A DNA stretch of 64,000 nucleotides from positions 15,376,001-15,440,000 of the forward strand of contig NC_087451.1 of assembly GCF_036321535.1 (NCBI RefSeq). The letters run 5' to 3'. Under the pieces are notes generated by a model. The model saw only the letters and a list, made by a program, of their open reading frames with translations, was not told where the DNA came from and searched no databases. The translations under genes were made by a program, and so were the position numbers. This DNA comes from Camelus dromedarius. Lineage: Eukaryota. Shown one piece after another: positions 1 to 29,900 of this stretch. How positions within the stretch are numbered: position 1 is the first letter of the stretch; each line of letters begins with the position of its first letter.

Positions 1-321
1 AAATCATCCAACATTGTTTTCTTAGATTGATTTTGTTGAAAATTGGGCTTAAATGCCTGTAATGCACTGTTTTTGTCTAGACTTCTCATTGTGGAGCCAG
101 ATATTTTTGATGAATGTGTTTGTGTGAGTACTTTACTTTCTCTTTGGTGAGATAAGTTAGTTGATTCAGATACTCTTAATTGCTTCTGTTGTTGAGCTCC
201 CAAATTCACTGGATAAGAATTTATTCCATTATCTGCCATTTTATTTGTTCTTTTGCACTGAGGCTTAAAATCATTTCTATCCCAAGTTTTAAAACTGGTA
301 TTTGTGTTGCCATCTTTGTAG
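1..321 (-). CDS. SPATA22: SPATA22 exon 6 (partial, runs off the window)
   Basis: Acceptor ttgcag at 322-327; open frame YKDGNTNTSFKTWDRNDFKPQCKRTN...FQQNQSKKTMLDD. Confidence 0.93.
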
Positions 322-3300
322 CTGCAATAGTTTTTTAAAAAAAAAAATTAGTAATAGCGTTGTTTCTATATATTTTTCTTAATTAAAAGAAAATTATTAA
401 TGAAAATGTGCATTTATATGGTAATTTGTGGTTTATAAACAATTTTGTAACTACTGACTAGTTAGAAATTCCAAATATACCATCACAACAACCCTACAAT
501 ACATTATACTCTCTTTTCAAGTGAGGAAACTGAGCCTTAATGAGGAAGTAACTTGCCCAAGGTCATATAACTAGTTACTGACAATTCAAAACCCAGGGAA
601 TCCTAGTCTCCCAACTCAAAGTCCAGTGCCAGAGAGTATATTTTTAAACTGTACAAGCCTTCATATGACAGTGGTTGTCTCAGAGTAGTAAAATTTTGAA
701 AACTTTGCTTCCTTCTTCATACATTTATTTTTTTTTTCATTTTCTACAATGTAAAATTTTCAAAAGTTAAGCTATGGCTTGATATTATAATGTCAGTGAT
801 TTTAAGTCACAAGGAAAATACAGGCAAGGTAGATAGCTGTTTGATGAGGAATTCTGTACTTTTACTGTGTAGCTTAAAAGTCCTACTTAGGAGTAGTAGG
901 AAAGCAAATAACAGCTCCTTAAGTTGTAGTAAAATATAAAGAAGTCAGTCAAAAGTTGATATATAGATATTTTAGAACTTTTTAAAAAAATTCATACTGT
1001 AATCTTTTAAAATAACTATTGTTATAACATTCTGAAAATAATAAAAGTAACATGTCTAAAAATGGGGAAGACAGCAAATTGTCTGATAAACTCTATTACA
1101 GGAGGAGTGAGAATAGAAATGCCTTGGAAATTAGAAGAATGATCTTCTCTGGAAAAGCCAAAATCATCTAGAAAAAGGAAGATGCTGGCGTGGAAAAGCA
1201 CACTGATACAAAAGAAAAGACAACATGGTAATTATAAAAGAAAGAAACTAAAATTGCCTTCTCCTTCATCAAATGCCTGTGAGGACATGAAAGCCTCTGG
1301 TTTCAGAGCATGTAAGCTAACGTTGTCCAGCAATTACCAAGGAGCTTAAAGATCTTAATAGGGCAGAAGTACAACATTCAACTGTGGCCCAGAAGAACTG
1401 TAACAAGGATAGGAGTGTCAAGAGGGTGTTCCAGAGGCCAAGTATGAAAGAGAAGACTCCTCATATCTTTGGCCATCCTGAACAAGGTAAAGGGGATGTA
1501 AAAGATCCAAAATCTAGTTATATGAATATTGGAGGGGGGGTCCTGCCAGCTCCTTCTATGAATTACTGACTTAAATTATACATTATCTTACATTATTTAA
1601 TTTTTACAATAGATCCATATAAGAAGAATCGTTGAAAGACATTAGGCGCTGTAAGAGAACAATTATGAGTAAATAAGGGTATTAGGCATTCTAAGTACTA
1701 GGGTAAGACTGAGCATTCTATCTGGTTTTCAATTTCTAAATATATTCAATATTTAGATATACTTATTCCTGACTCTTTACCTATTATCAGTTAGATCATT
1801 AATGATCCACAGCAAAATCATAAATTCATGGTGATAAATATTGGCAGAAACTTCATTACAGCACAGAGTATTCTTTGAAAACATAATCACTGCCAAAATT
1901 ACCTACTTTTAGTTTTATATGGCATGTTCTCTTAACTTCTATAGAACATAGTAATATCACTATAGTTATAATTATAGAAATTTTCTAAACGCAATTCTGT
2001 CTAAGAAAAGAGAAGAGATTAGAGGAGGAGAGAAGGGAGTAAAGGAGGAGATGGGAAGGAAAAGGAATAGAATAAGAAGAAATCTTAAGTAGACTCACCT
2101 CCCACCACTCTTACTTCTTTCAGTATTTGATTGAATAGATTTCAACACAAACTCTTGACTTCTCAGGGGATGAGAAACTGAATATATTTGCCTTTCAAGG
2201 AAATATGTCTTATTAACTATTAATAATTTGTTCCCAAATTCATAAATATAAAATATAAAATATACATAGAAGAATAACATCAGTCAGTAACAGACATACA
2301 GATTCATTGGTATAAATTTTTCCACATACCCTGTGTTCATTGTTTTCGTTAAAGGAGGCAACTCTGGATTCATAGCTTCCCAGGCCCAATCTCAAAAGAT
2401 ATAAGTAACACAGGTAAGAGTAAGGTAGGTAGCATTTTTTGGAAATAATTCTTTCATATTTATTTAATTTGCAGGGGGGAGGCAGTTGAAAGCTTGAAGG
2501 TGAAAAGAACTTAAATATATGGACATGTTCTTCAACAGTACCTTGTTGTGGAATTTATCACAGCCTGCCTTATTACTTTTTTTGAATGTCTTCCCTGTTG
2601 TATTTTAAGCAAGGTAATAGTTTAATCTGTATCTCTTCCACAATCAATCCTGGTATAGCACCTTGTGTTTTTCATCAGTTCTTATTCTTACTATGTGTCA
2701 TACATTCTGATATTCTCTATTCTACTCTACTTTATTCTCTTTTATTTCCTTTTTTAAAAGACTGATTATTTCCCAACCTACTAATGGATCAAGACAAAAA
2801 TGTGGAAAACAGTGGCCTAGTCCTATTTCTTACCCAATATAAGAATCCTATTATATCTCTGACAGACAGTAATCCTGCTCAGAGCTTGAAGAGTTCAGTA
2901 CTTCAGGAGGACACACACTTCCCTAAGGAGCAACTCACATTGTTATTTTTCAAGATCATCCATCATTCATGCTACTTATAAAAAGTATTTTAAATAGTGG
3001 AGAGTTTTTTAAATGGCAAAAGATGATCAGATAAATGCCTAAATGCATATCCATGTGAATTTTTTATGTTCTCCATAAAAATGAGAATATGAAATTCATA
3101 CTTCCAATTCCTCAAGTGTGGAAGAAAACAAAATAATTATAGATTTGAAAGTAGGTTAAGGTCTATGGTTACACACTGGATAAAATTAACAATACAAGTA
3201 TTGACATATAAAGGGACTTTAAAATTCTAGTTCATAAATCCTATTAAAGCTTTTTTAAGTGTGCCCCCAAAGTGCAAATGTATACAACCAGCATGTACCA

Positions 3301-6025
3301 AGTATATTTCAGAATAGCTGCCTGTCCATGCCTTCTTCCAGAGAGAAGTAAAAAGTAAGCAAACATTAAGACCTCCCAGCACAAACCACCACAGCTAATT
3401 GTTTCAGAGATAAGAGGCCTACCCATAAAGCTAAATCAGGATTTCAATGATCTTACTTAAAAATATGAGCTGAAGCAGAGGCTGTCTCTAGAATTTGAAT
3501 CAAGAGAAACAGAGGGCAGCCAATGATGGGCTCTGAGAACTAGCACTAAAAGGTTATGTTAACAGCCAGCAAGGGCAATTTAGCTCATGTGCTAGTCGAA
3601 GCTATAAGGAAGTCAACTGGATGAAGGAGTAAAAAACCAAAAAAATGAAGAAAGGCAAAAATGACATTAGAGAAAAAAGACCACGGCCAAGCAGACAAAT
3701 TCCTGGCCAAGCAGACCCCTCCTAAGGTCTATTTCCTTCCACCTTTCCCATGTTCCCATTCACACTTATCCCTATTCCTGAAGTAATCTGAGTTTCTCCA
3801 TTCTTTACCACCAAATGTTTAAGTCACAATACCTACATGTTTTGAAAAAGAAAAAAATCTTTACAATATAGATTACTGCTTCATTAGAACAAAGACTCCA
3901 TATTTAAGATACTCCATTTAAATGCTGAGACATCCTTGTAGACAAGGAAACTCAAACTACTACACTAGTCTGCTCAGAAAGAGCAAAGTAATCCTTTTAA
4001 TTGGATAGTGGAAAGAAGAAAAATAATAAAGTTTCTACTTCCATTATAATAAAATAGAAATGGTAGTTTTCTAGAGTCTTATTTCTTATTTTCTGAAAAT
4101 TTTAACTTATTTTCTTACCTGTTGGTAGAGGAGGGAAATCATAACTGTCAGAAGCAATACTGATACCTGGATCATTTTTAAGTGGATTGGATGTTAATGG
4201 CTGTCTATTCCTCTTTTTCTGATTGAACAATGGTACAGGCAAACAGCCTAAATTATATATGTCAATAAATTAGTACATAATAGGCAAATAGTCAGATCTA
4301 GTTATAGAATAATTACTAGTATATAATAATACACAACTTGAATTTGTCTACTTCTATACATTAATTTTATATTTACTACAGATATATTTCTATATATTTG
4401 GATTTATTTTTACATTCTTAAGATCCCAAATAGGCCTCCTTGCCTCTACAAACTCCTTTCTTGTTTTGTGTTAACACTGCTTTAATTCCTCTTGAGTAAT
4501 TGCCATCTCCTCCCTCATCCCCCAAACTTTTCCAAATCTACTTTTTGTTTCTGTTACTTTCCTCCTGTGCTTGCTTATCACCGTATCAACTGGAGGGGAC
4601 CCTTCAAGTACACCAGAGGGAAGGGAGAACCAAAATCTGACCCATGCTTTCCAAAACCCTAACCACTCTCTGGACCATGGGAGCACACCCTTTAAGGCCA
4701 TGGTTCTCAAACTTTCGTTTGACCAAAATTTATCTGGAATTATGTTTAACATACCAGTTCCTAGACCCCACTCTCATAGATTTTATTTCCATAGATATGC
4801 TTTGAAAGCCAAATTGCTGCAGTTTCAACAAGAACTCCAGGTGTCTGTAATGCATATTTTCTGTGAATCATTTTGAGAATGACTTAGAGTAATAATAATG
4901 AGTTTAAATGAGAACAGATACTACTCCAAACCCTCCAGATGAAAGACCTGGGATCGCAAGTCTAGTCAAAAGTCAGAATTTATAAACACTAAAGCTAGAA
5001 GGGCTCTAAGTGGAAAAAGAGGTCCCACAAGTTTGCACATTGTACAGTGAAAGAACTTAGATAGGGCCCAAGCTTCCTAAGTCTCAGTTCAGAGCTATCT
5101 TGCCACTATACCATACTCTAGTTGGTCCATCCGCACTTTCACTACAGGAGAATATAGACTCTGTGATGGCTGTATGATGAAAGGCTGGGAAAACGATGTG
5201 GACTCTGGAGTCAAACTGTCTAGGCTTGAAATATAACTTCAAAGCAGGTCTAAATTACAATTTTAAAGTCCAAACGATGGCTATTTCCTTAAACTTATCG
5301 TGCCAATATGACATATACTGAGAGGCAGAATAGGATAGTGATCAAAAGAATGGGAGTCAAATTCAAATCCTGGTTCTTCTACTTCATAAATTATTTATTT
5401 ACCCTCTTTGTGCCTTTGTTTCTCATCTAGAAAGCAAGGATGACAAAAACTCTCTGAGTTAAATAAATGAATACATATCATTAAATGCCCAGAATACAGT
5501 ATATCCACCATAAATCATAGCTATTATTATCTTCATTCTGCATTATCTTCATTCCCCTGGTTCTCTTCATTCTTGCCCTCTGTCCTTATACTAACTAATA
5601 AGCAGGAAAAGCAGAAATGGCACGGGAAGCTGTTAGGAAGACAGAAGTAGCTCTGGAAATATTTTAAACAAGTCACAAATAAAAATTAAAGTATTATTAA
5701 TTTCTTTATTTTCAGCTTAAAAGCACAGAACAACTCGTGAAGCACATGGGGATTGTAGAAAGAACACAAGAGTAAATCCAGGAAAATCTGATTTTACTTC
5801 CACCTAAGCCACTAAGTGTTTTGTCTTGAGTAATTTATTTCCTTTGACCTAAAAAGTAGAGGCTAGACTATATGTTCACTCTTTTTAAAAGTTCCTTCCA
5901 AAATGTTGTATCTATATACTAGATAAGGTTTACATGGTATATACAAACTACAGAAAATTTTAAAATAAAAGTCAGTCAATACCTGCTGTACTTCGAGTTG
6001 AATTTTCATTTAGGTTTCTCTTCAT
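1..6025 (-). CDS. SPATA22: SPATA22 (meiotic recombination protein, MEIOB partner); 5' part of the CDS, continuing beyond the window start
   Basis: Join complement(5983-6025, 4119-4247, 2330-2390, 2099-2191, <1-321) reads MKRNLNENSTRSTAGCLPVPLFNQKKRNRQPLTSNPLKND...DWAWEAMNPELPPL...YKDGNTNTSFKTWDRNDFKPQCK. All splice sites are GT-AG and phases are consistent; matches the recalled SPATA22 N-terminus. Confidence 0.95.
2099..2191 (-). CDS. SPATA22: SPATA22 exon 5 (93 nt)
   Basis: QIYSVSHPLRSQEFVLKSIQSNTERSKSGG; ag/gtgagt boundaries; one codon shorter than the recalled human exon. Confidence 0.93.
2330..2390 (-). CDS. SPATA22: SPATA22 exon 4 (61 nt)
   Basis: DWAWEAMNPELPPLTKTMNTG; ag/gtatgt. Confidence 0.93.
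4119..4247 (-). CDS. SPATA22: SPATA22 exon 3 (129 nt)
   Basis: CLPVPLFNQKKRNRQPLTSNPLKNDPGISIASDSYDFPPLPT; ag/gtaag. Confidence 0.95.
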
Positions 6026-6098
6026 CTCCTTCAATATCAAAGTCGATAACTCTTTCTTTAGCACTTCAACCTTACAACATGAAGTTATTCGACTAAAC
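5983..6098 (-). CDS. SPATA22: SPATA22 exon 2 (5'UTR plus start; ATG at 6025-6023)
   Basis: MKRNLNENSTRSTA followed by a gtattg donor; polypyrimidine acceptor tttctctccttgaag ends at 6099. Confidence 0.88.
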
Positions 6099-7029
6099 CT
6101 TCAAGGAGAGAAATTTGTAACTCATGTGCTATCAACGAGAAAACCAAATTCTCAGCCTGGAAATTCCTGAAATTATGGTTGAAAACTATGGTTTCAGACT
6201 TAATAGTGTAAACACGCTATAGTCTCTTGCTTTCTGAATAAGAATTTACAACATAACCCATTTTCCCAAATCTGTTGGAAATAAGACCAGTGTGGCTATA
6301 ACTTGCCTCCTAAACATACGTGGATTTTCACAGAGTCTACGGAATTTATTTCAGAATCAAGGACCCACAATGAGAACAATTCTGGAAAATGGACTACAAA
6401 TTGGCAAACAAACAAGGCCAGGGAGGAAACACATACAGTTGAAAGCCAATTAAGAATGTGTTCTGTGTCTCACTGTAAAACACTGTGCAGATCATCTGCT
6501 TTGGCCATTAGTTTGAGATCCCAGGATTATACAATACCAAAGCCTAAGGCCACACTTAATATGCAGAATAATTGTAATGATAAGTTTCCACAGCTTCTGT
6601 AACTTTAACAAGTGAAACAAGATTTTTTCTGTTTTTCCTTTCCTTTTACCACAGAATTTCTGCTGTAATTTTCTCCATGTTTAGTCTCTTATAGTCTAAC
6701 TCCAGTTAAATTCAGCACTTACCCGTTGTGTGAAAAGCTAAGATCACTTCTGCTCCCAGGTTCACTGCCCCATGAGACAAACACACATGACCACCACTGA
6801 GTAATAATGCAAATCATACTGAGGTAAATATCAATTTCTAAATATTGTTTCTAGAAATAAAACTTGGGAATCATGAGGTCAGGGATTTCCTCTGTTTTGT
6901 TTCCACGTCTTGGCCTTGATGGATACAGCAGTCTCTTTAGAAAATATTCTTGATGCCATTCTAGGAACCAAAGCAGAGGTCGGGCCACCTTTTCTTAGCC
7001 CAGAAACACCAACGCAACTCACATCCTGA

Positions 7030-8280
7030 ACCTAGAGGCGGCTGAGAAGTGTTAGTACGTTTTTGAGTCTCAGGCAAATAAAAATGCCGCATCCTCCCCT
7101 GGACCCCTGACCCTGGTGGGGCGGGGACCCTGAGCTGCCCTCTCCGCTTCGGCTTCTGACTGGATCCTAATCGCATTAACACCGGTGGCGGCGTCAGTGT
7201 GCAGAAAGTTTGCTCACTGCAAGTTTCTCGAAATAAATCTGACTCTGCCATTCAGCTGTCTCTGATCCTTCCTTTCTCTCCGATTCTAACAAATACACAC
7301 ACACACACACACAGCCCCCCCCCCCCCCCAAGACCGTTGCCTCAGATGGAGGCCACGGGGCCTACTTCAGCCCCTTGTGGGAAAACCTCCAGTCAGGGCT
7401 CCTGTTCTCTTCCAAAGATTTCTCCTGACCCCAGGGCTCGAGGCAGGTTAGTAACTAAGGCCTACACAGATTCTTTCCCTTCTTGGCCCTCCTGCCAACC
7501 CGACACGCAACTTGAACCCTCAGGTTTCTCGTCTCCGTCAACCGTCGCTCCGTCAGGCCAACAGCAACTGACGCTACCTTCCCGCCTCCGAAAAAGCGCG
7601 GGAATCACACCGTACGCATGCGTGCTCCGCCCACGCCTCCGACTGCGCAGGCGCAGGGGCCGCCGACCGGTGAACAGCGAGATGGCGTCGTACCTTCTGT
7701 GGACCGAGGGGAAGAGATGCCTGCCCCCTCTCCCTGGCACAGAAACGTGAACGCGCCCATGCGTTCTCACACTGTGAAGTACGGGGCGCAGGGATGGCGC
7801 TACCTCTTTGGAGTTTTGCCCAGAGAGGGACAAGCCTGTTCTCGTCACCTGCGGGGCCCTCCCAGACTCCACCCCAGCTTCGTCCGAAAATTGGGCCCAG
7901 GGCTAGTCCTCCAACCCCGTTCCCGCGCCCCAAGGTCATTTCTTAGGTTCTAGATATGCATTTGTAAGTGGCTGGTGGCAACCCGGAGTGTGCCTAGAAG
8001 AGAATGGCTCAAAGGCCACAGGCCTCAGAGCCAGGTCATGGGGGTCTTGCTTGGTTAGGCTGAGTTTCTGCGTGAGGTCAAGCAGGCGGGGCACTGGAGA
8101 CATCCGGAGGCCAGGAGAGCTGAGGCCTGGGTTTAGATGCCGGCCCCGCAAAGCCGAGCGCGGTCGGGAGGGCAGGGCCAGTGATGCCGGAGCTCAGGGG
8201 AGGGAAAGCACACGCCGCAGAGACCCAGGACCCCGGGGAGGGGAGCAGAGGGGCAGTGACTCTGGGCTCTGGCCCTCAGC
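7030..8280. promoter_or_regulatory. CpG island / SPATA22 promoter and non-coding exon 1 region
   Basis: Abrupt GC- and CpG-rich block in an AT-rich background about 1 kb upstream of exon 2. NRF1-type TGCGCAGGCGCA at 7644-7655; TTCCCGC motifs at 7579-7585 (+) and 7598-7604 (-). Confidence 0.8.
7295..7328. repeat. (CA)n microsatellite followed by a poly-C run
   Basis: About 9 AC units, then g and C14. Confidence 0.9.
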
Positions 8281-11200
8281 CGCTGGACTGACCCTCCATG
8301 ACCCTTTTACCTCTGGCAAGTTACTTACCCTCTCTAAACGTGCATTTCCTTCCACAGTAAAATAGTAACAATAAAATTGACTTAATCGCCCCAAAGGTAT
8401 TAAAAGAGAAAATGAACAGTTCTGACAAATAGTAAATGTTCAGTTAATGTTAGCCCTTATTTAATAATAGTAGTTGTCTGGATTCAAGGATCATATTTTG
8501 TTGTTACCCTGTCTTCTGACGGTTTGAAGAGGAATAGGAGGAGGGAAGAGGTGCAGAGGGACCCAGAGATGAAGGGAAGGTTGTTAGTAAAGGCCTGAGA
8601 CTATTAGACCATGAGACATACTGGTAGTTTTGTTGAAGATTAGGTCAAATAAAGGAGAATGTTAGGAGATAGATCAGAGGTGGATTGAGACCAGATAATA
8701 GGAGACCTTGAATGCCAAATTAAGGAGTAAGTTTGAAGGACTAAGGTTTTCATTTAATTTGGAAAACACAAAACTTCACACAATAAAATTCTGATAAGAT
8801 TTGTTAGTCTTCATGGTTCCAGAGAGATTTTTTTTAATGAGCAAAGCTCAGGGAAGCAGATTTTGACCTAATGTATATGTACATACATACATACACACGT
8901 ACACAATACCCATCTACCCTTCAAAGTAGATTTCTCATTGAAAGAGAAAAACTTTAAACCCACGATGAGCAACATCCTGTGCTAGATCTGTTAGGACTTC
9001 AGACATAAGCAGCACGGAGTCTTTGCTAGCAGGTTATAAACTTGTCTATTCAATCTGTATCTTGTTCCAGTTATCGTTTATGTATTTCCATCTGGAAAGT
9101 TGGTCAGGATGGATGACAGCAATAGAGGCACAGGAGAAGAAAAAAATGATTAGAGTAGTTTGATTACATGACTGCTGGACAACCCCATTATGTGTGAGAC
9201 ACCTTATGTTTAATATTGGAGAGAAGACATTCTTTATCCCCCAGTCAAACTAATTTGGAGACAACTCCACCTTAAATTTGTCTCCTACAAAATCTGCTGG
9301 ACAGCCATGACTATGAAAAATTTATTCTCCTTTTGTTTCAAACTACATTATTTTACTAATAAATGAGGCAGCACTCTCCCCAGAAAATATTTGAAGTGCT
9401 TAAGTTATTAGGCTTAATTTTTAAGTACTTCAAAACATTAAATATTCAACCTAAGAATGAGATAGTGACAACCAGAGAGGGTCCCACTTTGTATACTATC
9501 AGAACTCTCAAAAAAGAACTAGACTAATAAAAACTTGTAGTTTTTGTAGGGCTCAAAAATTTAGTGTGCTTTGGGAAACAGGGAGTTAAAAATCTTTTGG
9601 AAGTTAATGTGGTATAAGAGTATGAAAAGCCTCTGTTGCTCTAGTTCTAAGGAAATGCTCGCCTTTTTTTTTCTAATAAAGCTTTCCGCAGAAGACCAAC
9701 TCTGTACACAATAAACAAGGTAAGTTAGGACAGAATTACTACAATTCATTAACTCTCCAAAAAGTTATTCTTTTTGACGTGTAAGGGAAACTTTATTTAT
9801 GAATGTTAGATGTGCTTCAAAGTGCTGATGTGTTAACATTCCATAAAACAAGCCTAGAAATGCAAGTCATTTGTGCCAGCTACGAGGACATCGCTGAAGC
9901 AGCATTTCCAGCAAGACTAGGGCAAAGAGCAGAACTAACCACAAACTGGCAGAAAAGGGACAACACATAGTCAAGTGTTAATAATTCACCATAGTTACTG
10001 CTTTTAAAACCAAAGTAACTAAACAACTATCATCTGTTACATATTTATGCTTGTTTTTGCCATCTCTAAGACTGAAACGTTCAGTGTCTGTGGGTAGGAA
10101 AGCAAAGGCTACAGGGGCTTTTTCTGAAGTTAGAACAGTCATTTTAATGTATAAACTTTGATTTTATTATTTTGCTTCCTTTATCTCTGCATTATAATTA
10201 AAGGAAGAACATAGGTGTTGGTTTTTTAAATATTTTGAAGTATCCACATTTTATGTTTCCATCATGTGTTTTGTTTGTAAGCTCGTTTGTTTCCTGAGCA
10301 CACTGAAGTGACTGTTTTTTGTGAATTTGGAAAGAGCAAAATTAGAACTTTGGGGAAAGCCAAAAGTAACAGGGAGCACCCTACTGTTCTGTGAAAAACA
10401 CTGGACTTAGATTGAGAAAACCTGGATCCCAGGCCTGGTTTTCTTATGGAAGTTCAGAAACTTTGACTGAGTTACTTAAGCTCTTTTTCCTTTACCGCTG
10501 CAATGGGGATGTCAATACTTAACCCATCCTATCTTGTAGAGTGGATATATGAATAAGCTGAGATGACATCTGCAGAAAAACATTATAAATTAAACTTCTC
10601 TGCAGTTGTAATGAGTTACTCTTGTACCCATTTCAATCTCCCATTACTAGCACATAGTGTTTTCAGAACTTGAACATACTTGACTTTCTGGGTGGTTGAG
10701 CATGAAATCAAATTAGATTTGGCTCAGAGTCATTTCTCCAAAGGGATGTAATCATTTTAGTACAGTTTTCTGGATAGTTTCCCCTCATTAGACCCCATCT
10801 TGAGTAACACATTCCAGTGGAGAGTCTCTGCTGCCAGTAAATTAGACTGTATCCATATAAGCTCGTATGATCTGGTGAGTGTATGTAGCATGCCCCAAGA
10901 CATTTTCAGACATTACAAAGTCTTGAAAATTACTTAACAGTTGTTTTTGGTTTACTATTGACGCAAAAAGTGAGGAAGATCCCTAAGGAAGTCAGCACAG
11001 CGTTACCAGTAACTTCACGAGGAAGAAATTCAAGTATATTTCAAAGTAGCTTTTTAAGTCCCAGTGGTCATTGATTTGGTTCTTGTGTCTCTGACCATGA
11101 AAAAGCATTCTGAAAGAAAGGATGCTGATCCCAGAGGAGGTCTCTGAGAATCTGCCTTTGGCTGTTTATGGAGATGAAATTCAAATGCCCTCCGATGTTA

Positions 11201-11746
11201 AAAAGGGCCTGGACTCATTTCAGAGGAGAAATGGTTTAAATGCAAGTGGAAAAAAAATATTGAATAATAACACGCATACTGTGGGCCACTTCTTTATTTT
11301 CATATTTTTGAGCATAAGAAAAGTAAAATCTATTTTTATTACTTACAAAGAGTCCTGAAAGCACCATTAGATGATATTTTAGCTAAAGAGAAAACAGAAG
11401 TTTTGCATTAGTATGAGATGCTAATTTATGATTGCATTTAGATCTACCCACCATTTGAGGGAGTTAGAAGTTAAAGTAAACAGCTGTATCTCTAGTTGAT
11501 CTCTGCATATTTTAATCCAAATATGGTAAAGGGCAGGGCTACAGAAGGGAGTGTCCCTATAATAAACAGGGCTCAGAACTTGTAACAGAAAATCAAAATA
11601 CACTCCACTCAAGAGAACCCTGTGCTTTGCACTTTGGTTAAAGGTCTCATTTAGATTTAAATTCCTAAACTGCATAAGAAATTAGGTTTTCTTTGATCTT
11701 CTCCTTTTTGAGTTGCAGAATTCAGATAAAACTACTACTCGATAAA

Positions 11747-26996
<15,250 letters not shown>

Positions 26997-29900
26997 AAAT
27001 CACTTATAGCTCATTTGTTATAGAGTACCTAGAAAAGTTCTAGTTTGTAAGCTCTTGGAGACCAGATTGTGCCTTATTCAACATCGAATCCATAGCATCT
27101 AGCCCAGTGCCTTGCAGATGGTGGGCATTCAGGTAAATTTCTTGAATCTATGAATAAATCAATGAGTATCTTTTAAAGGTATTGTACTTTATGTATGCAA
27201 CTTATTCAAAGAAGTACACATCTTATTTCTATATAGCTTTTTGTACCTTATATTTTGATAGTTTAACATTATTAGTAAACAGCCTTTACATTCAAATTTT
27301 AACATTGAAATATATACTGTATACAAAAAGTTATTAACTTGAGCGTAGAACTGAATGTTGTATGTTTTCAAGTAATGTAAAAATGCTACTAGAAACTAAT
27401 TGTGCCGACTCGCTATTTTAAATTTTTTCAGATTTCAATTAATGATAAATTATTAAGGATCCAGTCTGTAAACTTTAGCAGTAGTTATGATACCTGTAGA
27501 TTTGCAGATGCTCTTTTGAAGGTGAAACGTGAACAGGAAATGAGGGCTGATTGTAAAGGTGACATTTTGAATAAATCCAGAAACTCTGAATGGTCCTTTG
27601 TCCACTGACAGGCAGGAACCCCAACAGAGCATCGCAGCGATGGCCACCCACTTGTGCTGCGCTAACCTTAGAGAGCAGAGAGCCTCCTACAGAGTCTCAC
27701 AGGCCCCCATCAGCGCTAACATTCCTTCCCAACTTGGGAGGCATATTCCTCCCAGCCCTCCCTTCTTGCTTTGAGAGAAGGAGCTTGCCTTTCTTCCCAA
27801 CCAGCATGTGAGGAAGTCTTTGGGCTCCAGCAGCATAGGTGGTAAAGACAGAAATAGCAGAGGGCAGTGGACACTAGTGGAAGTGTGACCTGAACCTATG
27901 TCTCTGTTTCACAAACACATTATTTTAAAGAATTCCCCTGTGTCCTAAAGGCCCAAATACCTCACTCCCATGATTCTTCTCCTCAGAGGTCCTCGGGCTA
28001 AAACGCTTTCTCTCTCCCTCTCCAGCCCCTGCAGGAGCCTCCCTCCCTCCTCTCTTAGGCCACAGCAGCCAAGTAAAGAACATTTTTACCCCATGATTTG
28101 GACCCCAAGGAACCCATGTTTATGGTTTCAAATATATTTACCAAAATCATACTAACATTATCTGTACCATATATGTAGACAGTTTCATTCTATCAAAGCA
28201 AATCCCACTGAGCCAATTTCATTCCATATTGTGTTCTATAGCACGCAAAGTGTTTCTAAATTTTCGACATTTATATTTGCACTTTCCCAAAATTATTTTC
28301 ACTAGAATAAACCCTCTTCCTTCTGAATTCTGTAGTAAAACTCCAATTTATCAATCAGTTCTTGTATATAACAAGTTTTACCAGGCTTCCTTCTCCAACT
28401 GTGTGTATTCCTTCCTTTGTGTTCTATGTCCAAGTTCAATTTTCCAGGGTCGATTTTTTCCAGATGTATATTTTGGCAAAAGTACTTTATTCTTCCCTCA
28501 AAATTTAGTTACAAAATTTACAATGTGCAATTTAGGCCACTGTGGTTTCAGATTTTATATTGATTATTTCTATCAAGTCTAATTCTCTCTGACTCTATAT
28601 TTATAGTCTTTAGAGTTTCTAAATAGATGTGATTTTAGAAAAAATCTGCAATGTGTTACTCCATTGCTGTGTGACTTTAGCCACTTTTTTTTGTTTCATT
28701 TTGATTATTTCGAACAGTCTAAAGACTCAGTTTTCTCATTTATAAAATGGGGATAATCATGATAATAGTGCCCCTCTCTTGAGATGATTGGGAGGATTAA
28801 GTGAGCTAATACATATAAGTGCATAGCACAGTGGCTAGCACAGAATAATAAATTATTCAAGTTCAAATTCCTCACACAAAAGGCCCTTTATGAACTGTGC
28901 CTCCCTTCCTCACAAGCTCTCTAGACTCATCTGCCTTCAAGTCCTCTCTGTGGAGTCGGCGTCATGTTGTTTTATTTCTACATGTCTTCACACAGACTGT
29001 CCCTTAAACCTAGAATTTTCTTCCTTCTCTTCCCTTCCTCCCCTACTTCACCCCTACTCAGACCTTACCCTAGCTAATTCCTGTTTTTTCTGCAAATTGC
29101 AACTCAACCCTCATTTCACCTGTAAAGCCTTTCTTGGCCTGCCCCTTGGCCCCTCTCTGCATCCATCCCATCTTGAGGGTATTGCCAGTGTCTTTTTCAG
29201 TATCTGCAATCTAAGTAGTTCCTGATAAAGTTCAGCTGAATAAATGAGTGTGCTCAGCCATTCCTCCTCTACGGAAATGGCTTCATATTCTGCCAATGTC
29301 CCTGCCTTCTCTTTGCCTTTTTTCCTTCTTTCCCAGTCACTTCCTGAGCATCCCCATCACTCCCAGGTGGAATTCACTCCATTTCACACTCTTCAGACTG
29401 TTACTATGTCCCAAATGATGGTGGGCAGAAAAATACACCGTTTTAAGCCAGGAACCCTATAGAAAAAGCAACAACAACAACAAAAAAGGAAATGTTCACA
29501 TTCAGTAATCTCCCTGTGTGAAACCTTTTAGTCATTTCCCCTAACCCTTGGTATGAAATCTCAAAGCCTCCCTACAGCTGGACAAGTCCTGTGTGCCTGG
29601 CCTCTGCCCACCTCTCCAGCCCCTGTTCCCAGCGATCTGGCCACACAGACCTCTCCATCCTCAAATGCACCGAGCTCCCTGCTACCTCGGGGTCTTTGCC
29701 AATGTGTTTCCCTCTTATTTAAACCCTGTCCTACCTCACACTACCCTTTACCTGGATGACGTGTAATCTTAAATGTGACCCAGGCTACGCTAAACCCCCC
29801 TTTTATACAAGCTCGTTGATGCGACTGGCCTAGCACTTAGCAGAACACTTCAGAGAACCTGGATCCTTGGCCCAGGAAAGAGCACTGTGACCTTTACCTG

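Noticed and set aside
7199-8365. Multiple 100-180 aa ORFs
   Set aside because: Expected stop-poor frames in a CpG island; they include microsatellite-encoded THTHTH and poly-Pro.
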